Source of the DNA: Chloroflexota bacterium
GTDB lineage: Bacteria > Chloroflexota > Dormibacteria > CF-121
DNA: 55,814 nucleotides
Reading direction: 5' to 3'
Assembly (NCBI GenBank): GCA_005889345.1
Contig: VBFR01000185.1
Location: 1 to 55,814, forward strand
Positions 29,996 through 37,538 of the stretch are shown here, one piece after another. Position 1 is the first letter of the stretch. The number at the start of each line of letters is the position of its first letter. A program made the position numbers and the translations under genes. The notes below the pieces were generated by a model, which worked only from the letters and a program-made list of their open reading frames with translations, did no database searches and was not told the DNA's origin.

Positions 29996-31455
29996 TGCAC
30001 GCATCCTGGTTGCGAAAGCAGTCAGGGCAGGCGGTTGTCCTCGTCGCCGTCGCGGTGGTGGTGCTGACCGCGATCCTGGCGCTCGCGTTGGACGGTGGGG
30101 GGATCTATCTCGATCGGCGACAGATCCAGAACGCCGCGGACTCGGCCGCGCTGGCGGGGGCGGAGCTGCTGATGGCGATACCGCCCAGTTATCCGGGCAT
30201 CCACAACCAGGCGATCGGGAACCTCGTCAAGAATCTCCCGGGCACGAGCACCGCGGGGACCGTGTGCAGCGCCTCGTGCCCGAACCAGCCGACGGTCGGC
30301 TTCCCGAGTGGCGGGCTCGGCACGCTCAATTTGGGCGCGGGCTACTACGCCGAGCTGTCCGTGACCAACTCATACACCTACCTCGCCGTCGTCTGGCACA
30401 TCCACCAGGTGGCGGTGGCCCCGATCCACGGCTTCCAGTCGACGATGACACTGCAGGCCCGCGCGGTGGCGCAGAACGCGAACCTGCCTTACGCGGTCGT
30501 GGCCTTGCAGGACAAGCCGGCGAATTCGCAATATCACAACCTCAACATCTCAGCATCGACCGCGGTCCTCGGGCTGCAGGGTGGTGGCGGCCCGAGCGCG
30601 CGCGGGGGTGTCTTTTCCAACGCGGGCATCGACCCGGGTAACGGCATCCCCGCGATCACCTTCAGTCCGGCGGGCAACGCCGGTGATCTCTGGGCGGTCA
30701 ACGAACCGAACGGCGACCAGTCCCTCTTGAACGCCGCCGGCCGGGTGACGGGGCAGCAGACAGCGGGAACCCTACCTCGGCTCGCATCGCACCTCGACTT
30801 GCCGAGCTATCCGGAGCCCGCACCGCCAGCGGCCAGCTTCAATGGCAGTACCGTGGTCAATGGAACGGCGTACCTGTGCCCCGGTCAATACACCAACCAG
30901 ATCAACGTGCAGAGCGCGGGGACGGCAATCCTGTTTCCCGGCGTCTACAAGGTGCAGGCAGGGGGGGTCAACGTCCAGGGGACGCTGCGGACGCTGACGA
31001 ACGCCGATCTGCCGATCTCCGGCTGCGGCCAGACGCTGACCTCGGGCGCGGACCTTGGCGCCATTGTCGAGATCAAACCGGACAACTTTGGCGGCAGCAC
31101 CCGCTGCGACAAGAACCCGTTCACGGTGGGGAGCAGCGCCACGTTCACGCTCACCCCGTCCCTCAACTACTTCAATATCAACGTCTACATCGAGACCTAC
31201 TCGGCAGCCTGGCAGACTGTTTGCACAACCCAGCCTCTCGGCACGAACGTCCTCCAATTTTCGTCGGGAGCCTGCTACAACATCAGCGGCGCAATCTATG
31301 GCCCGGCCGACAACATGATCATGGGCACGAGCAGCGCCTGCGGGACGACGGTCGGCCAGGTGATCGCCTGGACGCTGACGGTGAACGGCAGCGGCACGCT
31401 CAACGCCAACTTCAGCGCCAACCGGTTGCCCTACATCAAGGGCCTGACCCAGTAG
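29995..31455 (+). CDS. TadG-like pilus tip protein (triad 1)
   Basis: SG|QAVVLVA...ALDGG..YLDRRQIQNAADSAALAGA; Cys-containing C-terminal domain. Confidence 0.88.
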   Translation: MHASWLRKQSGQAVVLVAVAVVVLTAILALALDGGGIYLDRRQIQNAADSAALAGAELLMAIPPSYPGIHNQAIGNLVKNLPGTSTAGTVCSASCPNQPTVGFPSGGLGTLNLGAGYYAELSVTNSYTYLAVVWHIHQVAVAPIHGFQSTMTLQARAVAQNANLPYAVVALQDKPANSQYHNLNISASTAVLGLQGGGGPSARGGVFSNAGIDPGNGIPAITFSPAGNAGDLWAVNEPNGDQSLLNAAGRVTGQQTAGTLPRLASHLDLPSYPEPAPPAASFNGSTVVNGTAYLCPGQYTNQINVQSAGTAILFPGVYKVQAGGVNVQGTLRTLTNADLPISGCGQTLTSGADLGAIVEIKPDNFGGSTRCDKNPFTVGSSATFTLTPSLNYFNINVYIETYSAAWQTVCTTQPLGTNVLQFSSGACYNISGAIYGPADNMIMGTSSACGTTVGQVIAWTLTVNGSGTLNANFSANRLPYIKGLTQ

Positions 31456-31559
31456 CAGTCACGGTCCCGTCACCCGTACAACGATCGCGTAACAAACGGG
31501 CGCGCCGCTTGAGGACGAGCCCGGCGTAAGAGTCGGCGTAGGAACCCGTCACTAAGGTT

Positions 31560-32099
31560 GTGACCGTGCGTCGTATCCTGCCAACCAAGCGTGCCCAGGC
31601 GATGGTCGAAATGGCGCTCATGGCACCGGTCCTGTTCTTGATGGTGCTTGGCGCCACCGACCTTTCGCAACTCTTTTACTACTCAACGTCGATCACGAAT
31701 GCGGCTCGAGAAGGCGCGCGCCAGGGTGCCTACTACGACCCGATGACCTTCCCCGGGGGAAACACGTACGCCACGGACGCAGCCGTCTACTCGGCCGTGA
31801 ACGCGGAAGCCTCCTACCTGAACTTGTCCGAGCCGTGCCATCCGAACACGATCTGCAGCGGAAGTCTGACGAACTGCCCCAGTTATCCCTATGCGAACGC
31901 GCTGTATCCGCCGACATCGGCGCCGAACACCGGCTACGTGTTCGTTTGCTTCAACAACTCGACGACCGCGACCACCGCGACGGTGGGCCAGCCGATTCGG
32001 ATCACGATCCTCTATAGCTTTCAGCCGGTGACACCGCTGATCGGCAGCATGGTCCACTCCGCCGCCAGCACTGAGATCCTGACCCAGGGGAACGGCTGA
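31560..32099 (+). CDS. TadE-like minor pilin (triad 2, member a)
   Basis: RA|QAMVEMALMAP...AAREGAR; paralog of 28887..29474; start may be GTG 31566. Confidence 0.88.
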   Translation: MTVRRILPTKRAQAMVEMALMAPVLFLMVLGATDLSQLFYYSTSITNAAREGARQGAYYDPMTFPGGNTYATDAAVYSAVNAEASYLNLSEPCHPNTICSGSLTNCPSYPYANALYPPTSAPNTGYVFVCFNNSTTATTATVGQPIRITILYSFQPVTPLIGSMVHSAASTEILTQGNG

Positions 32100-32644
32100 T
32101 GCGCCGGCCGAAGAAGCGGGCCCAGGCGATGATCGAGCTGGCGATGCTGGCGCCGATGATCTTCATGCTGCTGATCTTTGTCTTCGATCTCGCTCGAGCC
32201 GCAGCCACCTGGGCCGCGATTTCCGAAGCGGTACGAGAAGGATCGCGCACGTCCGTGACCATCGGCCAGACGACGGCAGCCACCGACTACGCCATCATCG
32301 GCAACACGCAGGCATTCGGCGTCAATCTGAGCATCAGCCCGGTGACCGGTTGTGTCCATGGCCACACTGCCGGCATGGTCACGCCGCCGCCGGCGATCGG
32401 AAACACCGGCTACATCTACATCCTGTCCACCGTGGCCGGGCAACCGAACGCGCCCTCGGGCGGGGCGGGCTACGCCGAGACCGTCAACGCCGGCTGCAAC
32501 GCGATCACGGCTGCCGGGCTCGGCCGATACCCGCTCAAAGTCGTGATCGCCTATAACTATCAGCCCTTTACGCCGTTTGCCTCGCAATTCATGCCGGGTG
32601 GCATCACGATGATCGCAAGCAGCACGATGAGCACGGAGTTCTAA
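32099..32644 (+). CDS. TadE-like minor pilin (triad 2, member b)
   Basis: RA|QAMIELAMLAP...VREGSR; paralog of 29471..29995. Confidence 0.88.
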   Translation: MRRPKKRAQAMIELAMLAPMIFMLLIFVFDLARAAATWAAISEAVREGSRTSVTIGQTTAATDYAIIGNTQAFGVNLSISPVTGCVHGHTAGMVTPPPAIGNTGYIYILSTVAGQPNAPSGGAGYAETVNAGCNAITAAGLGRYPLKVVIAYNYQPFTPFASQFMPGGITMIASSTMSTEF

Positions 32645-32646
32645 CC

Positions 32647-34167
32647 ATGATCATGTCCAGCTATCGCCGTCGCAAGCTCGCTGGTCAGGCGCTGGTCATC
32701 TTCGCCCTGGCGATCATGGCCATCACGGGCCTGCTCGTGATCGCGGTTGATGGCGGCTCGATCTACCTCGACAAGCGGCGGATGCAGAATGCCGCGGATG
32801 CCGGGGCGCTCGCCGGGGGCGACGCCGCCGAGGCGCTGCCCTTGCGGAGCTACTCCGTCCCGCACCAGGCGGCGCTCAACGAGATCTATCACAACCTGTT
32901 CCCGGGAACCACCGTGCCCACCGTGCCCGGCGCGGCCGGCGCGACCTACACGACCACGGCGTTCTCCGGCACCTATCAATTCATCCTGACGGCGGACGTG
33001 GCCAATGTCCAGCAGGACACCTACCTGGTGGTCATCAACCATGCCTACAACTTCTTTGCCGCCCAGGCGATTGGCTTCGGGTCGTCAACCTGCATTCTGG
33101 GTGGCACGACGACCACCAACGCCGTCTGCCTGCAGGCCCACGCCAAGGCGCTCGCCGCCACCTACCCGTTCGCGTTGATCCTGCTTAACGACGAAATCCT
33201 GAACTACGAAAACCTCTCGATGAACGGCTCGAACGCCAAGCTGGTGCTCCACGACGGCGGGAGCAAGGGTGGCGCCTTCTCCAACGAGAGCATGAACGCC
33301 GGTAACGGCAGCATTTACTTCAACCCCTGCGGCACGTCGGGCGACCTCTGGGCCGCCAACGAGAGTGTCGCTGGCACCGGCAATATCCCCGGCCACAGCT
33401 GGGGACACTACGGGGACGGCGCCACCTATCCGACGTGCACTGCAAACACTCTGTACACGCCCTATCCGAAGAACACCGTCAAGATCCCGTTCCCCAGCTA
33501 CCCCGAACCGGCCGTAACCGGCCCCACCTATTCGCCTGCCTTGACGGCGTCGGGTGGCACCTACTATCTCTGTCCGGGCACCTACCAGGGAACGCTGAGC
33601 GAGAGCAGCCCCGGATCGACGGTCATCATGTATCCCGGGGTCTATCGCTTCACGGCCCCGATCGCCATGACCCTGACGGGTGGGACCATTCGCGGGGCCG
33701 TCGCCACGGACTACCCGATCCCGGGAGCGGCGGTCGCGATCAACTGCACCGGTTACAACACCAGCAGCGCGCCGGCGGACCTGGGCTTGATCATCGAACT
33801 CAAGGCCGCGGACTGTACCACGAACACCTTCAAGGTGGCCGGCGGGTCGACCACCATCACCTTCCGGCCGTCGCCGAGATACAACAACATCAGCTTCTAC
33901 ATCGAGTTGCTCGCCCCCTACCCAGGGCTGGGATGCTCATCGTCCACGCCCAACGGAACCCACGTCGTCAACATCTCCGGCTCGGCCTCGCTCAATATCT
34001 ACGGCGCCTTCTACGGCCCGGGCGACAACATGTTCTTCTGCGGCAACGGCGCCGGATACGGAGTCGGCCAGATCGTCGCCTGGACGATGATCCTGTGTGG
34101 TAACGGCACCGTGGACGAGCATTACAACCCGGCCTACCTGCCCTACTTCCGTGGCCTGATCCAGTAG
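32647..34167 (+). CDS. TadG-like pilus tip protein (triad 2)
   Basis: AG|QALVIFAL...AVDGG..YLDKRRMQNAADAGALAG; paralog of 29995..31455. Confidence 0.88.
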   Translation: MIMSSYRRRKLAGQALVIFALAIMAITGLLVIAVDGGSIYLDKRRMQNAADAGALAGGDAAEALPLRSYSVPHQAALNEIYHNLFPGTTVPTVPGAAGATYTTTAFSGTYQFILTADVANVQQDTYLVVINHAYNFFAAQAIGFGSSTCILGGTTTTNAVCLQAHAKALAATYPFALILLNDEILNYENLSMNGSNAKLVLHDGGSKGGAFSNESMNAGNGSIYFNPCGTSGDLWAANESVAGTGNIPGHSWGHYGDGATYPTCTANTLYTPYPKNTVKIPFPSYPEPAVTGPTYSPALTASGGTYYLCPGTYQGTLSESSPGSTVIMYPGVYRFTAPIAMTLTGGTIRGAVATDYPIPGAAVAINCTGYNTSSAPADLGLIIELKAADCTTNTFKVAGGSTTITFRPSPRYNNISFYIELLAPYPGLGCSSSTPNGTHVVNISGSASLNIYGAFYGPGDNMFFCGNGAGYGVGQIVAWTMILCGNGTVDEHYNPAYLPYFRGLIQ

Positions 34168-34182
34168 CGGTCCATCCTTAGA

Positions 34183-35100
34183 ATGGCGGGCGTGCCCGCC
34201 AGTAATCGAAGTGCGGCGGGCGTGGCGCTCGTCATCGGCTCGGCATGTTGCTTCGGATCACTCGGCGTCTTCGGCAAGCTCGCCTACCGGCTCGGGCTGA
34301 CCACGCCGCAGCTGCTCAGTTATCGGTTCGCGCTGGCCGCGCTGATGCTCTGGTTGGCCACCGCGGTCACGCGACAGGGCTTGCCGCCGCGACGTAGTCT
34401 CGTCGGTCTCGCGATCATGGGCGGTGCCGGCTACGTCGGCCAGTCGGCGGCCTATTTCAGCGCCCTGCACTTCATCCCGGTGTCGACCACGGCCCTGCTG
34501 CTCTACACCTTTCCCGTGGTCGTCACCTTGCTGGCGACGCTTCTTTTCCAGGAGCCGCTCGGCTGGACAAGGATCGTAGCCGTGGCCCTGGCGTTCATCG
34601 GCACGATGCTCGTGGTGCAGGCGCAACTGACGGCTGCGCCGCCGATCGGCATCATCCTGGGACTGACGTCCGCGGCCGTCTACTCGGGCTACATCCTTCT
34701 TGGAAGCCGGCTGCTCCCCGGGATCCCGCCTGTTTCAGCGACCGCCACTATCGCGACCGCCGCCGCGATCGTGTGGAGCGGATTCGCGGCCGCAACCGGC
34801 CAGCTGATGGTGAATTGGACGCCCTCACGAGCGGCGCTCCTCATTGCCTTTGCGGTGATCGCGAGCACCATCCCGATCCTGGCATTCATCCTGGGTCTCC
34901 GGCTGATCGGGGCATCCCGCGCTGCCATTCTCAGCACCTTCGAGCCGGCGAGCAGCGTGCTGCTCGCGGTCCTCGTCCTGGGTGAAGCAGCCAATCCCAT
35001 CCAATATCTCGGCGGCGCATTCATCCTGGCATCCGTTGTGGTGCTCGAAGGCCAGGGCTGGCTCGCTTCGCGGGCGCTTGCGCAGGCGACGCGGGAGTAG
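34183..35100 (+). CDS. EamA/DMT family transporter
   Basis: About 10 TM helices, YRFALAA, LLYTFP, ILSTFEP, LGE motifs; start may be GTG 34192. Confidence 0.92.
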   Translation: MAGVPASNRSAAGVALVIGSACCFGSLGVFGKLAYRLGLTTPQLLSYRFALAALMLWLATAVTRQGLPPRRSLVGLAIMGGAGYVGQSAAYFSALHFIPVSTTALLLYTFPVVVTLLATLLFQEPLGWTRIVAVALAFIGTMLVVQAQLTAAPPIGIILGLTSAAVYSGYILLGSRLLPGIPPVSATATIATAAAIVWSGFAAATGQLMVNWTPSRAALLIAFAVIASTIPILAFILGLRLIGASRAAILSTFEPASSVLLAVLVLGEAANPIQYLGGAFILASVVVLEGQGWLASRALAQATRE

Positions 35101-35149
35101 GCCGGGTCCGGCAGAAATCCCGGGCCGCACCGTTACTCCTGAGTCGGTG

Positions 35150-35713
35150 ATGGCTACCTCACACAAAGACGACACACTCTGGGGCGCGGTCGCCGAAGCG
35201 CTGGTCTCAGCCTATGCGTTGATCGGTGCCGCGGGAAAACTCACGGCCTACCGCCCGTTTAGCGATGTCGATGGAAAGGACATCATCATCGACCTTGCCG
35301 GAGGGTTCAAGGACATCTACCTCCAGGTCAAATGCGCCCTTGGCGTGAATCGCAACCGCTGCATCGGCGGGACCGTGCGGATGCGGCATGGTTACATTCC
35401 CTCTGATCCCAAACTCGTATACGTCTTCTGTCTCCTGAACAAACAGAAAATGGAGCTGACCAGACTCTGGGTAGTGCCGGCCGCCGCGTTCTACAAGCGG
35501 GCGTATCGGACCGCTCTCCCGAAGGGCATGATCCAGTTCAATTTCGATTGCCGACTCGCCGGGGATAAACGATGGGACGAATTCGAAGTCACGCGGGCCG
35601 AGCTCGGTCCGAGACTCGTCAAACTCATCAGGGCGGCCGCTAAAAGAGAACGTCGCGCCCGCATGAACAAACTAGAGCAGCTCGACGGCCGCTGGCTTCA
35701 GTTCGTCGCCTAG
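35150..35713 (+). CDS. PD-(D/E)XK restriction-endonuclease-fold protein (DUF4365-like)
   Basis: GAVAE...PFSDVDGKDIII...IYLQVK, matching the E...D...QxK catalytic pattern. Confidence 0.65.
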   Translation: MATSHKDDTLWGAVAEALVSAYALIGAAGKLTAYRPFSDVDGKDIIIDLAGGFKDIYLQVKCALGVNRNRCIGGTVRMRHGYIPSDPKLVYVFCLLNKQKMELTRLWVVPAAAFYKRAYRTALPKGMIQFNFDCRLAGDKRWDEFEVTRAELGPRLVKLIRAAAKRERRARMNKLEQLDGRWLQFVA

Positions 35714-35763
35714 CGCTTCCGACGTGCGTAGGGGCGGTTCATCCTTATAATCCGCGGTGCCGC

Positions 35764-35840
35764 GCCCCCTTAGCTCAGTGGACCAGAGCGGGTGCCTTCT
35801 AAGCACTAGGCCGCAGGTTCGAATCCTGCAGGGGGCACCA
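35764..35840 (+). tRNA. tRNA-Arg (anticodon TCT)
   Basis: Acceptor GCCCCCT/AGGGGGC, D arm TAGCTCAGTGGACCAGAGC, anticodon arm GGTGC-CTTCTAA-GCACT, GGTTCGAATCC T loop, encoded CCA; TATAAT at 35746-35751. Confidence 0.97.
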
Positions 35841-35854
35841 ACCCAGTGTACAAG

Positions 35855-35942
35855 TTCGGCTGACGTGTCCCATTGGGCCTTCGGCTGATGTGTCGCACGC
35901 CTTCGGCTGATGTGTCGCATCTACTTCGGCTGATGTGTCGCA
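35855..35942 (+). repeat. Four 18-bp direct repeats TTCGGCTGATGTGTCGCA (putative transposase-binding sites, left end)
   Basis: Copies at 35855, 35880, 35902, 35925; gaps of 7, 4 and 5 bp. Confidence 0.92.
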
Positions 35943-35963
35943 CCTTGGCCCATGCTGGCCGGC

Positions 35964-37151
35964 ATGAGGGACATGAGCGTGACTGAGCAGCGGTATCAGG
36001 CCGTGTTGGACGTGATCGGGCAGGGCCGGGCGGTGATGGAAGTGGCCAGCCAGTGGGGGGTGAGCCGGCGGACGGTGGAGCGCTGGTTGGCTCGCTACGA
36101 GGCCCAGGGACTGGAGGGCTTGCCCGACCGTTCGCATCGGCCGGAGCGGTGTCCGCACCAGATGCCCGCCGAAATGGAAGTCATGGTGCTCGAACTACGC
36201 CGGGCGCATCGCTACTGGGGCGCTCGGCGCCTGGTCCTGGAGCTGGTTCGCAAAGGGATCATGCCGACACCTTCGGAATCGGCAGTGTACCGGTGCCTGG
36301 TGCGCGCCGGCGTCATCGACCCGGTGAAACGTCACCGACGGAGGGAGATGTGGAAGCGGTGGGAGCGCGGTGGACCAATGGAGCTCTGGCAGCTGGACGT
36401 GGTGGGCGGCTTCCTGCTGGCGAACGGCACCTCGGCAAAGGCCCTGACCGGGGTCGACGACCATTCCCGGTTCTGCGTGTCGGCCCGCCTCATGCCGCGC
36501 GAAGGAACCCAGCTGGTTTGTGATGGTTTGCTGAGCGCACTACGTACCCATGGCGTGCCACAGCAGGTTCTCACTGACAACGGCAAGGTCTTCACCGGCA
36601 AATACTCGAAGCCGCCCGTCGACGTGCTCTTTGACCGGATCTGTCGCGAAAACGGCATCGACCATCTCCTCACCCAGCCGGCCTGTCCCACCACCACTGG
36701 CAAGATTGAGCGCTTTCACCGTACCCTGCGTCTCGAGTTCGACACACGGCGGGCATTCGCCAGCCTGGCGGTGGCCCAGCAGGCGCTCGACGAGTGGGTG
36801 ACGTACTACAACACCGAGCGGCCCCATCAGGCCTGCGGTGACAAGGCCCCCGTCAGCCGTTTTCATGTCGCGGCACGCACCCCGACGGAACCGGAGCCTC
36901 GGCCGGACCGCACCGGTGAGCACTGGGTCACGCGCAAGGTCAGTACCGTCGGCGTGGTCTGCGTCGGCTACCAGCAGGTTTGTATCGGCCAGAGCTATGC
37001 CGGCAGCGCCTGCGATGTCCTGCTCACTGATGGGACGCTGCAGTACTGGGTTGGCAATGAGCTGGTGAAGACGGTGGCCCGGGAAACGAAAGGCGAGATC
37101 CGCAAGAAGTACGCCGACGGAACCGCGCCCACCAGGGGAAGATCGCTTTGA
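35964..37151 (+). CDS. IS481-family DDE transposase
   Basis: HTH (WGVSRRTVERWLARY), LWQLD, VDDHSR, LTDNG, TTGKIERFHRT, YNTERPHQ; C-terminal beta domain. Confidence 0.95.
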   Translation: MRDMSVTEQRYQAVLDVIGQGRAVMEVASQWGVSRRTVERWLARYEAQGLEGLPDRSHRPERCPHQMPAEMEVMVLELRRAHRYWGARRLVLELVRKGIMPTPSESAVYRCLVRAGVIDPVKRHRRREMWKRWERGGPMELWQLDVVGGFLLANGTSAKALTGVDDHSRFCVSARLMPREGTQLVCDGLLSALRTHGVPQQVLTDNGKVFTGKYSKPPVDVLFDRICRENGIDHLLTQPACPTTTGKIERFHRTLRLEFDTRRAFASLAVAQQALDEWVTYYNTERPHQACGDKAPVSRFHVAARTPTEPEPRPDRTGEHWVTRKVSTVGVVCVGYQQVCIGQSYAGSACDVLLTDGTLQYWVGNELVKTVARETKGEIRKKYADGTAPTRGRSL

Positions 37152-37154
37152 GGG

Positions 37155-37197
37155 TGCGACAGATCAACCGAACTAGACTTGCGACAGATCAACCGAA
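37155..37197 (-). repeat. Two inverted copies of the 18-bp end repeat (right end)
   Basis: TGCGACAGATCAACCGAA at 37155-37172 and 37180-37197; reverse complement TTCGGTTGATCTGTCGCA matches the left repeat at 16/18. Confidence 0.92.
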
Positions 37198-37222
37198 GGT
37201 GCTCAGGGGGCACCAACCCAGT

Positions 37223-37318
37223 TGTAGGGATTCGGCTGAGGTGTCCCATTGGAGCTTCGGCTGATGTGTCTCACAGCTTCGGGTGATGTGTCCCAGCTGG
37301 TTCGGCTGACGCGTCGCA
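37223..37318 (+). mobile_element. Second, transposase-less left end of a related element
   Basis: TGTAGGGA + four diverged 18-bp repeats at 37231, 37256, 37278, 37301 with the same 7/4/5-bp gaps; no transposase follows. Confidence 0.85.
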
Positions 37319-37394
37319 CTTTCCGGGGGGCTGATCGTTGGCGAACAGACGTGTGTGTCCGATGCTGTGGACTGGACTATTAGCGACAACCATA

Positions 37395-37422
37395 TTGACA
37401 AATGCGAACGTGCGAGTAGTGT
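37395..37422 (+). promoter_or_regulatory. Putative sigma70-type promoter of the regulator gene
   Basis: TTGACA (37395-37400), 16 bp, TAGTGT (37417-37422). Confidence 0.45.
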
Positions 37423-37538
37423 GGCGAAGTACCGAGCGAGGCGGCGAAGGGTGCAGGCAGGACGTTGAAGGGATAAGCGCAGGCATCGCGCTCGCGAAGC
37501 ATGCGCGGGGCGGCCCGATGGGGTGAGGGGAAGCCAGG

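Larger units (their letters stand above)
35847..37205 (+). mobile_element. IS481-family insertion sequence at the tRNA-Arg 3' end
   Basis: Left end TGTACAAG + four 18-bp repeats; right end two inverted copies + GGTGCTCA; flanked by direct repeat gggggcaccaacccag (35831-35846 and 37206-37221). Confidence 0.85.

Noticed and set aside
35855-35942. Repeat arrays (also 37231-37318) as CRISPR or mini-CRISPR
   Set aside because: Gaps are only 4-7 bp, no cas genes, and inverted copies lie at the other end of the transposase; they fit transposon end sites
37204-37222. Duplicated tRNA 3' end as attR of an integrase-driven island or as a second tRNA
   Set aside because: No tyrosine/serine integrase; only the IS lies between the copies; the fragment is too short for a tRNA
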